Of a stretch of DNA of 64,000 nt, positions 12,860 to 24,380 are shown one piece after another (position 1 is the first letter of the stretch; the number at the start of each line of letters is the position of its first letter). Below the pieces are notes generated by a model. That model made no database searches. It was not told the DNA's origin and worked only from the letters and a program-made list of their open reading frames with translations. Origin of the DNA: Hormiphora californensis (Eukaryota > Animalia > Ctenophora). The DNA lies in NCBI GenBank assembly GCA_020137815.1, contig CM035358.1, positions 7,936,001 to 8,000,000 of the forward strand. The letters run 5' to 3'. The position numbers were made by a program, and so were the translations under genes.

Positions 12860-15800
12860 GTCATTATACCCGTCTGATTCATTTGTCCAGCCACAGAGAG
12901 AATAACAAAAACTCTGAATACCTTCATAAAATACTTCAGGACTTGGCAAAAGAGGGCCCGTGGTTTTTCTGTCGAAAGAATCCCTGTGGTCAAATTTCAA
13001 ATGATACTACACTATTTGCTTAGTTTACTGTATGACCATCCCCGACATTCGCCCGTAGGGCGAGCGGGCTTACTAGTAACCATTCGGGGCCTGGCAAGGC
13101 CCCCCGACCCGAATATAACCCAAACTCAACCCATCCCCCCTAAAACATCCCCCCTAAAACTAAAACAACGGGGCCGAGCCGACAGGCCCTTAATACCAGA
13201 TGAAAAAAAACCATTCGGGGCCTGGCAAGGCCCCCCGACCCGAAAACAAACCAAACTCAACCCATCCCCCTAAAAACAACGGGGCCGAGCCGACAGGCCC
13301 TTAATACCAGATGAAAAAAAAACCATAAAACCATAAACCATAAACCATAGATATTTTTAGAGTGAAAGTTTTGAAGCCCCCTGAAGTAGTAGAGGGGTGT
13401 TCTATGGCTCGTTGGAAAGGTCTCGAGGTCCCGCGACGTATAGGGGGTGCGGCGATGGCCATACCCAAACCTATAAGGGGTAGGACGCGAAAAACAGTCA
13501 AAATAAGGGGTATACAGAACTCGGCAATTAGAAGGAGTAGAAAGGTGTTCTAGGGTGCGTTCGAAAGCTCTCGAGGTCCTGAAGTAATTGGAATGTAATT
13601 GGAAGTAATTACATGTAATTGAAATGCAATTACATGTAATTAAAGGGTAATTACATGTAATTAAAAGGTCTAAATGACCCCAAATGATAATTTAAACATA
13701 TTTTGACATATTTGGAGACCCTGAGACCAGCGGGTGCCCAAATTTAGTCCGGTTTCGGGTCGGCTGACGTAAAAACTCCGCGTTTTGGTCGAGTAAAACC
13801 ATAAACCATAAACCATAAACCATAGATATTTTTAGAGTGAAAGTTTTGAAGCCCCCTGAAGTAGTAGAGAGGTGTTCTATGGCTCGTTGGAAAGGTCTCG
13901 AGATCCCGCGACGTATAGGGGCTGTGGCGATGGCCATACCCAAACCTATAAGGGGTAGGACGCGAAAAACAGTCAAAATAAGGGGTATACAGAACTCGGC
14001 AATTAGAAGGAGTAGAAAGGTGTTCTAGGGTGCGTTCGAAAGCTCTCGAGGTGCTGAAGTAATTGGAATGTAATTGGAAGTAATTACATGTAATTAAAAT
14101 GTAATTACATGTAATTAAAGGGTAATTACATGTAATTAAAAGGTCTAAATGACCCCAAATGACAATTCAGACATATTTTGACATATTTGGAGGCCCTGAG
14201 ACCAGCGGGTGGCCAAATTTAATCCGGTTTCGGGTCGGCTGACGTAAAAACTCCGCGTTTTGGTCGAGGTAAACCATAAACCATAAACCATAAACCATAG
14301 ATATTTTTAGAGTGAAAGTTTTGAAGCCCCCTGAAGTAGTAGAGAGGTGTTCTATGGCTCGTTGGAAAGGTCTCGAGGTCCCGCGACGTATAGGGGGTGT
14401 GGCGATGGCCATACCCAAACCTATAAGGGGTAGGACGCGAAAAACAGTCAAAATAAGGGGTATACAGAACTCGGCAATTGGAAGGAGTAGAAAGGTGTTC
14501 TAGGGTGCGTTCGAAAGCTCTCGAGGTGCTGAAGTAATTGGAATGTAATTGGAAGTAATTACATGTAATTAAATGTAATTACATGTAATTAAAGGGTAAT
14601 TACATGTAATTAAAAGGTCTGCAATGATCCCAAATGATAATTTAAACATATTTTGACATACATGTATTTGGAGGCCCTGAGACCAGCGGGTGGCCAAATT
14701 TAATCCGGTTTCGGGTCGGCTGACGTAAAAACTCCGCGTTTTGGTCGAGTAAACCATAACCATAAACCATAGATATTTTTAGAGTGAAAGTTTTGAAGCC
14801 CCCTGAAGTAGTAGAGAGGTGTTCTATGGCTCGTTGGAAAGGTCTCGAGGTCCCGCGACGTATAGGGGGTGTGGCGATGGGTGTGCCCAAACCCATAAGG
14901 GGTAGGACGCGAAAAACAGTCAAAATAAGGGGTATACAGAACTCGGCAATTAGAAGCAGTAGAAAGGTGTTCTAGGGTGCGTTCGAAAGCTCTCGAGGTA
15001 CTGAAGTAATTAGAATGTAATTGGAAGTAATTACATGTAATTAAAATGTAATTACATGTAATTAAAGGGTAATTACATGTAATTAAAAGGTCTAAATGAC
15101 CCTAAATAACAATTCAGACATATTTTGACATATTTGGAGGCCCTGAGACCAGCGGGTGGCCAAATTTAATCCGGTTTCGGGTCGGCTGACGTAAAAACTC
15201 CGCGTTTTGGTCGAGGTAACCATAAAACCATAAAACCATAGATATTTTTAGAGTGAAAGTTTTGAAGCCCCCTGAAGTAGTAGAGAGGTGTTCTATGGCT
15301 CGTTGGAAAGGTCTCGAGGTCCCGCGACGTATAGGGGGTGTGGCGATGGCCATACCCAAACCTATAAGGGGTAGGACGCGAAAAACAGTCAAAATAAGGG
15401 GTATACAGAACTCGGCAATTAGAAGGAGTAGAAAGGTGTTCTAGGGTGCGTTCGAAAGCTCTCGAGGTGCTGAAGTAATTGGAATGTAATTGGAAGTAAT
15501 TACATGTAATTAAAATGTAATTACATGCAATTAAAGGGTAATTACATGTAATTAAAAGGTCTAAATGACCCCAAATGACAATTTAGACATATTTTGACAT
15601 ATTTGGAGGCTCCGAGACCAGCGAGTGGCCAAATTTAATCAGGTTTCGGGTCGGCTGACGTAAAAACTCCGCGTTTTGGTCGAGGTAACCATAAACCATA
15701 AACCATAGATATTTTTAGAGTGAAAGTTTTGAAGCCCCCTGAAGTAGTAGAGAGGTGTTCTATGGCTCGTTGGAAAGGTCTCGAGGTCCCGCGACGTATA

Positions 15801-16345
15801 GGGGGTGTGGCGATGGCCATACCCAAACCTATAAGGGGTAGGACGCGAAAAACAGTCAAAATAAGGGGTATGCTGAACTCGGCAATTAGAAGGAGTAGAA
15901 AGATGTTCTAGGGTGCGTTCGAAAGCTCTCGAGGTACTGAAGTAATTGGAATGTAATTGGAAGTAATTACATGTAATTAAAATGTAATTACATGTAATTA
16001 AAGGGTAATTACATGTAATTGAAAGGTCTAAATGACCCAGAATGATAATTTAAACATATTTTGACGTATTTGGAGCAATTGGAAGGAGTAGAAAGGTGTT
16101 CTAGGGTGCGTTCGAAAGCTCTCGAGGTGCTGAAGTAATTGGAATGTAATTGGAAGTAATTACATGTAATTAAAGGGTAATTACATGTAATTAAAGGGTG
16201 ATTACATGTAATTAAAAGGTCTGCATGATCCCAAATGATAATTTAAACATATTTTGACGTATTTGGAGGCCCTGAGACCAGCGGATGGGCAAATTTAACC
16301 CGGTTTCGGGTCAGCTGACGTAAAAACTCCGCGTTTTGGTCGAGT

Positions 16346-16923
16346 AAATAATAATAATAATAATAACTATGTTTATATTCCGCCCATATCCGACAGGGAC
16401 AGAGCAGTGAAACTGCTGCTGTCACTGAAGGATAATCTGAACGGTTAATATACTAGTAAGACCTCGACAACTTATCCCTAATAGAACAAAAATTAATAAA
16501 GAAAAAACACCGGCTCACATTACTATCGGCTCACATAACTATCGGTGACTGATTACATAACAGACTGAGTTAGAGTCCTGGAACTCTAAAAAGATTGATA
16601 TAAAAGTCCGTAGATTGGAAACACAGAAAAACACTCGTGCTATGAAAAAATCCAGCTTATGCTTCACACTTCTGCTCGCCACGAGCTAAATTACAGAAAA
16701 ATAATTAAAAACGGGTACCAGCTAGAGCACATACCTCAGCAAGAAGGAGAGTCTTAACAGGACAGTCCAGTCTCACCAAATGCCTCAGTGAAAAGACTAG
16801 TCTTGAGCTTAGACTTAAAAGATTCCACAGACTCAACAGCTCTCAGATCAAGGGGAAGCTTATTCCAGACTTCAGGCAGGTAAACCGACGGACGTCTTCT
16901 TCTCAACTTGGAAGTCGCATTGA
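16346..16923 (-). mobile_element. 5'-truncated LINE (CR1/L2 group): ORF2 C-terminus, 3'UTR and (TTA)n tail
   Basis: The minus strand reads ...RRRPSVYLPEVWNKLPLDLRAVESVESFKSKLKTSLF... A (taa)n tail lies at 16346-16366. It is inserted in an array linker. Confidence 0.8.
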
Positions 16924-19234
16924 CCATAAAACCATAACCATAAAACCATAGATATTTTTAGAGTGAAAGTTTTGAAGCCCCCTGAAGTAGTAGAGAGGTG
17001 TTCTATGGCTCGTTGGAAAGGTCTCGAGGTCCCGCGACGTATAGGGGGTGTGGCGATGGCCATACCCAAACCTATAAGGGGTAGGACGCGAAAAACAGTC
17101 AAAATAAGGGGTATACAGAACTCGGCAATTAGAAGGAGTAGAAAGGTGTTCTAGGGTGCGTTCGAAAGCTCTCGAGGTGCTGAAGTAATTGTAATGTAAT
17201 TGAAAGTAATTACATGTAATTAAAGGGTAATTACATGTTATTAAAGGGTAATTACATGTAATTAAAAGGTCCAAATGACCCCAACTGACAATTTAAACAT
17301 ATTTTGACATATTTTGAGGCCCTGAGACCAGCGGGTGGCCAAATTTAATCCGGTTTCGGGTCGGCTGACGTAAAAACTCCGCGTTTTGGTCGAGGTAAAC
17401 CATTCGGGGCCTGGCAAGGCCCCCCGACCCGAATATAACCCAAACTCAACCCATCCCCCCTAAAACATCCCCCCTAAAACTAAAACAACGGGGCCGAGCC
17501 GACAGGCCCTTAATACCAGATGAAAAAAAAACCATAAACCATAACCATAACCATAACCATAGATATTTTTAGAGTGAAAGTTTTGAAGCCCCCTGAAGTA
17601 GTAGAGAGGTGTTCTATGGCTCGTTGGAAAGGTCTCGAGGTCCCGCGACGTATAGGGGGTGTGGCGATGGCCATACCCAAACCTATAAGGGGTAGGACGC
17701 GAAAAACAGTCAAAATAAGGGGTATACAGAACTCGGCAATTAGAAGGAGTAGAAAGGTGTTCTAGGGTGCAGTTCGAAAGCTCTCGAGGTGCTGAAGTAA
17801 TTGGAATGTAATTGGAAGTAATTAACATGTAATTAAAATGTAATTACATGTAATTAAATGGTAATTACATGTAATTAAAAGGTCTAAATGACCCCAAATG
17901 ACAATTTAGACATATTTTGACATATTTGGAGGCCCTGAGACCAGCGGGTGGCCAAATTTAATCCGGTTTCGGGTCGGCTGACGTAAAAACTCCGCGTTTT
18001 GGTCGAGATAACCATAAAACCATAACCATAGATATTTTTAGAGTGAAAGTTTTGAAGCCCCCTGAAGTAGTAGAGAGGTGTTCTATGGCTCGTTGGAAAG
18101 GTCTCGAGGTCCCGCGACGTATAGGGGGTGTGGCGATGGCCATACCCAAACCTATAAGGGGTAGGACGCGAAAAACAGTCAAAATAAGGGGTATACAGAA
18201 CTCGGCAATTAGAAGGAGTAGAAAGGTGTTCTAGGGTGCGTTCGAAAGCTCTCGAGGTGCTGAAGTAATTGGAATGTAATTGGAAGTAATTACATGTAAT
18301 TAAAATGTAATTACATGTAATTATAGGGTAATTACATGTAATTAAAAGGTCTAAATGACCCCAAATGACAATTCAGACATATTTTGACGTATTTGGAGCA
18401 ATTGGAAGGAGTAGAAAGGTGTTCTAGGGTGCGTTCGAAAGCTCTCGAGGTGCTGAAGTAATTGGAATGTAATTGGAAGTAATTACATGTAATTAAAGGG
18501 CAATTACATGTAATTAAAGGGTGATTACATGTAATTAAAAGGTCTGCATGATCCCAAATGATAATTTAAACATATTTTGACGTATTTGGAGGCCCTGAGA
18601 CCAGCGGATGGCCAAATTTAACCCGGTTTCGGGTCGGCTGACGTAAAAACTCCGCGTTTTGGTCGAGGTTTAACTAAAACAGATGATTAATCAACTAATT
18701 AATCATCCCCCTGCTGTTTCAGAAGATAGCTCAAGATATAATGACTCCAAATGGCAGGGAGATCCTCAGGTAATTACTACTGTTAATTATTGTTAAAAAC
18801 CAATGGCCAATAACCATCAATCCCCACCACCATTGCTACATAGTGTGACAAGGTTTATTCTTGCCTCTTCATCTTCTCCCAGCTGCTCTTGACTCTTCTT
18901 CTCCCACTTACTCTCAGTTTGTTCTTCTCCTACACCAACTCAGAACTCTCTTCTTCACTACCTACTTCACACTTGACTCCCACGTGACACACTGGTCTTC
19001 GTAGTGAGCTAACACTCACAGAGATAGCGAGCTTGTACAATACGCTAGCACACCCCTCACTTCCATTCTCTCTCAGCTTCTCTCTCTCAGCTGTCTGCGC
19101 CTCACTTGTGTCAACTGCACCTGCAAGACGCAACAATTGCTGCTCATATTACTAGACCCAGCTACTACCTAGCTCCAGATATAGTTCCTGTTAATATTAC
19201 ACCAGATAGTTCCTCTTAATAGTACTCCATCACC

Positions 19235-20861
19235 ATGCTGACTGCACTATACAACCTAAACAGTTCACCACCTTCATCTCATCAACAACAAACCTCAATC
19301 CCATCACTGTCAGAACAGTTCTCTGTTACCGCCAAGGATCAGGGGTAAGTGGTAGCAGTTAGTTGCCTCTTTCAGGGGTAAGTGGTAGCAGTTAGTTGCC
19401 GTGTTTGACCCCCTCTCTTTACAAATGTAAACGGTAAAGGAGGGTTAGAACACTAGTTATTCTTCCTAAAAACTTCTTTTGCACTCGACCTTTCCCGTTA
19501 GATCTCCCGGTAAGATCACTTTTTGAGGCCACCCTTTGTAGAGCAATTGATGTGAGGCCCGTTTTGTAGTTGTGTTGTATCTCTGATATTGATAGCTAAA
19601 CCCCACTCTTTCAGGAACATCAAGCCCCCTGTAGAAATTAGTAGGAAGTTCTGTCCAGACGTACGGAGGACTTCATCATACCCTGACATCACTAAACACG
19701 CAGGTAAAATTCATCTACAGATATCACTTACCATGCAGGTAGTGCAGAAGTAGAGAGGGGGAAACACGCAAGTAGTGTTCGATGAAGTTGTCGACTCCTC
19801 AACACCTGTATACATTCATGTTCATCGGGATGCAGGGTGTTAATTTTAGATCTTTCCAAACACCCTGTACAATCCAAACTGGACACCCTGTACAATCCAA
19901 ACTGAACACCCTGTACAATCCAAACTGAACACCCTGTTGATCCCCCCTTCAGAAGACAACAGTAACGAGATTGAAGCACAACTTCACAAACAGAAAGTTG
20001 TCAACACCGAGCTGAAGAGACTTCTCATCGCATCTGTTGGGGATAACCTCGCCACTAAGTAAGTGTCATGAAACCTGGACCTTGGTTTGATGTTGTAAAC
20101 TCTAAGTAAGTGTCATGAAACATCTTAGCTTGATGTTTAGTACTGCAATACTGTTGTCTCTAAGTGTTTTGCTGTGCTGTTGTCGTAGTGGAGAAATGAG
20201 CAGTATTATTTGGTTAACCCGGTCATGGTGTACCAACGTTTTTGAAAATTCTTGTGTAGCCAACATCTAATAGTTTCCAATAATCACTACTAACAACCCC
20301 CCCCCCCCCGCCACTTTTTAAGGTTGGAGAAGTTGTGTAGAGAAAAGGCCCAACTAAACGAACAAGTGAACATCCTAACAAAACAGACGGCTGGAGATGC
20401 TGAGAGAATTGAGAACCTAGTCATTCAGGGAGATATTTGGAAGTCAAAGTTTCTAGCTGCTAGGTGAATATTGTGAATTTAAATCTTGAATCCCTGGCCA
20501 ATAACAAGTTGAATTATTTAAATCTAGTTTGAAAATTAGACAGTTGGGTGATCGGATAACTGTTTATTAGCCTCATGTTTGATAGTCAGAGTTTTTATTA
20601 TTCTCTCTGTGGCTGAACAAATGAACCGACATTATACCCGTCTGGTTCATTTGTTCAGCCACAGAGAGAATAACAAAAACTCTGACTATCAGTTTGAAAA
20701 TTAGTTTAGTTTTATCACTTGAATGTATTTAGGGTTGTTGTCAACGAATTGAGTTTATGGAAAGATACAATTTCATCGAAACTTGAGGAATCTCAACGAA
20801 CCCTGAAAAGATTTGAGGATCACAGCAAGAGGATATGTTACACCCTTCACGAGGCAGACAG
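19235..20861 (+). CDS. BLZF1: Golgin-45 (BLZF1) orthologue, 3' end lost at the gap; exons ~19235-19344, 19615-19703, 19953-20058, 20323-20463, 20733-20861
   Basis: Phase-consistent GT-AG exons encode QKVVNTELKRLLIASVGDNLATKLEKLCREKAQL...IENLVIQGDIWKSKFLAARVVVNEL, matching the golgin-45 core (VNRELKKLLVASVGDDL...DVWRSKFLASRV). The first two exons are less certain. Confidence 0.85.
20539..20690 (-). mobile_element. 152-bp minimal Penelope-like insertion (3' tail plus inverted copy) with 13-bp TSD, in a BLZF1 intron
   Basis: Starts gacagttgggtgatcgg. The second half is an inverted copy of the first. TSD agtttgaaaatta at 20526-20538 and 20691-20703. Confidence 0.88.
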
Positions 20862-21208
20862 GTAGGCAGCTTTTAATGTGTTTGGTAAATCCCTTGTCAG
20901 AGCAGTGTCAGAGAGATTCTTGTCAGATTGTGTGTCGCTGTGGTCTCCAGGCGAGTGTGCGTAGGGCGCGGGGCGATGAAAGGTAGGGTCTTCGCGCGCC
21001 CTTACTACACACTGCGCCGCGCAATAACAGATGTGACGATGATGTTTTGAGTGATTTGAGAGGGTGAGAAGAGTCTTTTTACGAGTTTTTTTTGACCAGG
21101 TTTTAACACGGTTTAAGGAGGTTGTTTTTGATTATTTTTCCCCCGAAAATTTTCAGGAAACTCGGCTCGTAAACACGGTTTTGTTGAAGCGATGGCTCTG
21201 GGAAATAA

Positions 21209-21308
21209 NNNNNNNNNNNNNNNNNNNNNNNNNNNNNNNNNNNNNNNNNNNNNNNNNNNNNNNNNNNNNNNNNNNNNNNNNNNNNNNNNNNNNNNNNNNN
21301 NNNNNNNN
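21209..21308. other. Assembly gap (100 N), preceded by low-quality sequence
   Basis: N run. Confidence 0.99.
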
Positions 21309-21366
21309 AGAAGTTGTGAGATGGCAGATGCTTGAATAAGGGCTCGTATAGTTTGGTCACACTCAC

Positions 21367-22191
21367 CAGTTAACATATTTCTCCACATTTCCCCACGCGG
21401 TTGCAGGATCTTTATCTTTTGAAACATCTTTACCCAACATTGAGATAATTTCCCCGAATGAGATATTATTAAGAAAATCAATTTCAATATGGGTTAACTG
21501 GGCTGCAATCAACTCTGGCTTTATGTCCCTAACCTGAAATAATGTAGTGTAAATTGAGACCCAAAACTGCATACCGAAGATAAAGCTGTTGAGAGACAGG
21601 GTCGCAAAGATAAATTGTTGTATTGGCAAACTTACAAAGTCAAGTTTTTCCAGACAATCTGATTTAGGTACTTTCTTCTTGGATTTCACATCCACCAATC
21701 TGTTATCAAGTAACCTAATCAACCTATCACATCCTCGAGAACATGATGGATCAAGATTCTTACAGAATCTCAGAGCTTCATGAAGTTTGTCCATCATGGA
21801 CTGTCGGATGAAATCGTTTGGAAATGTTTCAACCCATTGTAGGAGGAAGAGGGCAAGGTGGGGAGCTACGGTTGCTGTTTCTGGTAAATCAGGGTTAGCT
21901 TGCTCAATCTGACATCTCTCTAAAACCTGTGAAAAGCATGAGGTAATGATAGACTGTGTTAAAGTATGTTAAAGTAGGTTAAACTGTGTTAAACTATGTC
22001 AAACATATGTTAAACTGTGCTAAAGTAAACTGTGTTAAACTGTGTTAAAGTATGTTAAAGACTGTATGTTTAATGAGATCACGCCTACCTGGGTAAGGAC
22101 CTCGACAGGATCAACAAAAATTCTGCACGAAAGGAGAAAGGCAAAGAGGTAATCCTCCGGGGGATAGTACTCAGATGTTGGGGTCAAATGC
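21367..22191 (-). CDS. RASGEF1: RasGEF1-family guanine exchange factor, partial (REM domain to start of CDC25 domain); exons 22089-22191, 21636-21926, 21367-21533
   Basis: HLTPTSEYYPPEDYLFAFLLSCRIFVDPVEVL; LLQWVETFPNDF; IAAQLTHIEIDFLNNISFGEI...NVEKYVNW; canonical GT-AG boundaries. Confidence 0.82.
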
Positions 22192-22466
22192 CTGAGGAGG
22201 TGATATTATTTGTTAGTCGATTGATTTGTAGTTCGTACACAAATTAAAAGGAAGGGAAACAAATAATTACAAAAATAAGGGGAGGGGCCGGGTGGGGTGG
22301 GGAGGATGTATTTTACAAGATTTTACAAGATTTTACCCAATCAAGTCATTGATAGACCCGGCAATTAATTTTCCATTCTCGAACTGCTTTGAACACTCGT
22401 CATCTTCTTCCATGTGCTACAGAGATTTCGAAATTATATGAGGACCCTCGGAAATGTTCAAGTCAA

Positions 22467-22720
22467 GATACCAATCGTTGTTGGGGTTCGTGAATTGGCC
22501 TCTCAATTATCACAGAGCGGGCTGTGGGGGTCGACCTGGAAATCATGCACAATCAAGTCACGCCCACCAATCACAGCTCAGAACGCACGAAGCACTCCGC
22601 GCGTTCTGAGCTGTGATTGGTGGGCGTGACTTGATTGTGCATGATTTCCAGGTCGACCCCCACAGCCCGCTCTGTGATAATTGAGAGGCCAATTCACGAA
22701 CCCCAACAACGATTGGTATC
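22467..22720. mobile_element. Palindromic MITE / foldback (~120-bp perfect arms)
   Basis: gataccaatcgttgttggggttcgtgaattggcc ... ggccaattcacgaaccccaacaacgattggtatc. Confidence 0.85.
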
Positions 22721-22876
22721 AATTTTCAACAGCCGAAGAGAAGCAGCCGAAGAGAGGAAGGGGGTAACCGCATGTAGACTTAATCGCGACGAGTCTCATC
22801 ACATTGGGTTCGATCATTTACCCCCGGTGTTGGGGTAGGCCGTAGGTGATAAATTTAAAATCACTCACATGATCTC

Positions 22877-23133
22877 GGCCAGCGTTAAAATCTGGGTGTT
22901 TCGAGAGTGCTGACAAACGGTTTTTTAGGGTTAGGGCCAAAGTAGGATTAGGGTTGGGGTTTGGACTTTGGGTTGGGGTTAGGTCTTGCCATTTCCTACC
23001 AGATAAACTTTGAATTAGCCAAAACGGTTGAGTGGTTTAGCGGTTAGAGCCATTTTAGTGAATCAACTTTTTTGGCAGCGCCGGGCGCCCACCTGTAAAC
23101 AGGCCTCCAAACACCCAGATCGTAACGGCGCCC
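22877..23133. mobile_element. MULE-like MITE with telomere-like core
   Basis: Imperfect TIRs (gg..cgttaaaatctgggtgttt / aaacacccagatcgtaacggcgccc), 9-bp TSD catgatctc/cacgatctc, and internal ttagggttaggg-like repeats. Confidence 0.7.
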
Positions 23134-23297
23134 CACGATCTCGCGCTCGACTTTCAAACTTAAAATTCACAATCTCGATTATTAAAGTGCGTTTCAAACG
23201 ACTTGACCTGAGATTCCTGGAAATTCAGGATTTCCCCTTTGTAAATACACGCGCAATGCGCCAAATTCCAAGAATTACGGGTCAAGTCGCTTGAAAC

Positions 23298-23571
23298 GGG
23301 CGCGATTATAATCGGGGTGCCTTGCAGCCTGTTTACAGGTGCGCGCTACCAAAAGAGTATACTTAGACCGACTTTTTTCAAATGGCTATAGCCATGGAAC
23401 CACATGGCCGATTTGAGTAAAACTAAACGGTATCAGTTAGAGAATCGATAGCCCTAACCGATAACCCCAAACCAAACCCTAACCAGACCCTAACGGATAG
23501 CCCTAACCCGTCGCGCGCGCCAAAACTACGAATTGTTAGCAATGAAAGGCACCCAGATTTTAACGTTTTCC
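23298..23571. mobile_element. MULE-like MITE (copy 1 of 2)
   Basis: 9-bp TSD gcttgaaac (23289-23297 and 23572-23580), internal ccctaac repeats, near-identical to 24026-24298. Confidence 0.8.
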
Positions 23572-23720
23572 GCTTGAAACGGACTTTAAAGTGCGTTTCA
23601 AACGACTTGACCTGAGATTCCTGGAAATTCAGGATTTCCCCTTTGTAAATACACACGCAATGAGCCAAATTCCAAGAATTACGGGTCAAGTCGCTTTTTT
23701 TGATGTGTAATTTTTTATAC

Positions 23721-24380
23721 CATAAGGAACCATAATAAAGTTCAAGAGCCTCCAAGAGCACCCAAGAGCGCACCCCATCGAAGAGAGACCACACCTGAGA
23801 GCGCACCACACCCAAAAGAGACCACAACCAAGAGCGTACCACATCCAGAAGAGACCACTCCAAGAGCGCACCACATCAAAGAGAGCTCCCCATCCAGAAG
23901 ATACCACGCGCAGGGGACACCACGCGCAGAAGAGACCAGCGCGGCGTTGTATTTGCGCGTGCGGCCTCTTCTGCGCGTGGTATCCCTTGTGCGCGGTCTC
24001 TTCTGGATGGGGTGCTCTCCTGGTCGGGCGCGATTATAATCTGGGTGCCTTGCAGCCTGTTTACAGGTGCGCGCTACCAAAAGAGTATACTTAGACCGAC
24101 TTTTTTCAAACGGCTATAGCCATGGAACCACTTGGCCGATTTGAGTAAACTAAACGGTATCAGTTAGAGAATCGATAGCCCTAACCGATAACCCCAAACC
24201 AAACCCTAACCAGACCCTAACGGATAGCCCTAACCCGTCGCGCGCGCCAAAACTACGAATTGTTAGCAATGAAAGGCACCCCGATTTTAACGTTTTCCCT
24301 CCTGGTCCTGGTGTGCTCTTGGACCTGGTGCGCTCTTGGAGGCTCTTGGAGGCTCTTGAACTTTATTATGGTTCCTTATG
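23721..24380. mobile_element. Non-autonomous TIR element (CMC/EnSpm-like) carrying a nested MITE
   Basis: ~39-bp TIR cataaggaaccataataaagttcaagagcctccaagagc and its reverse complement, 3-bp TSD tac, and internal ~32-bp subrepeats. Confidence 0.62.
24026..24298. mobile_element. MULE-like MITE (copy 2 of 2), nested
   Basis: 9-bp TSD ctcctggtc (24017-24025 and 24299-24307). Confidence 0.82.

Larger units (their letters stand above)
9395..12920 (-). mobile_element. Penelope-like retroelement (Nematis-like), 5'-truncated, with inverted pLTR and 12-bp TSD
   Basis: 12443-12920 is the reverse complement of 9439-9916. A 44-nt 3' tail (9395-9438) is present on one end only. TSD ccttcataaaat at 9383-9394 and 12921-12932. 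RT and GIY-YIG coding region inside. Confidence 0.95.
8943..13076 (+). mobile_element. Non-autonomous Helitron (~600 bp) interrupted by a Penelope-like element
   Basis: 5' end A|TCATACTATTATTAAAG; 3' hairpin tcgccc-gta-gggcga (13049-13063) then CTAG|T at 13073-13077. Removing it restores the aaccataacca|taacca linker, i.e. an A/T target with no TSD. Confidence 0.78.
8804..18668. repeat. Composite tandem array of a ~445-bp cassette A (9 units plus 2 partial duplications) and a ~125-bp cassette B (4 copies), joined by variable (AACCATA/AACCAT)n linkers
   Basis: A starts (gatatttttagagtg) at 13350, 13825, 14300, 14772, 15241, 15708, 16951, 17562 and 18031. B (ttcggggcctggcaaggcccc...gatgaaaaaaaa) occurs at ~8804, ~13083, ~13214 (shortened) and ~17403. 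Confidence 0.92.

Noticed and set aside
13301-18234. Repeated short ORFs (MTVFRVLPLIG..., MKVLKPPEVV...)
   Set aside because: They are by-products of the tandem cassette, use non-ATG starts, overlap on both strands and have no recognisable domain.
18883-19220. Possible additional exons upstream of BLZF1
   Set aside because: No phase-consistent splice path or recognisable protein could be built.
22921-22985. TTAGGG-like tracts as a true telomere or fusion site
   Set aside because: Short, degenerate and enclosed within TIR/TSD-bounded MITEs.
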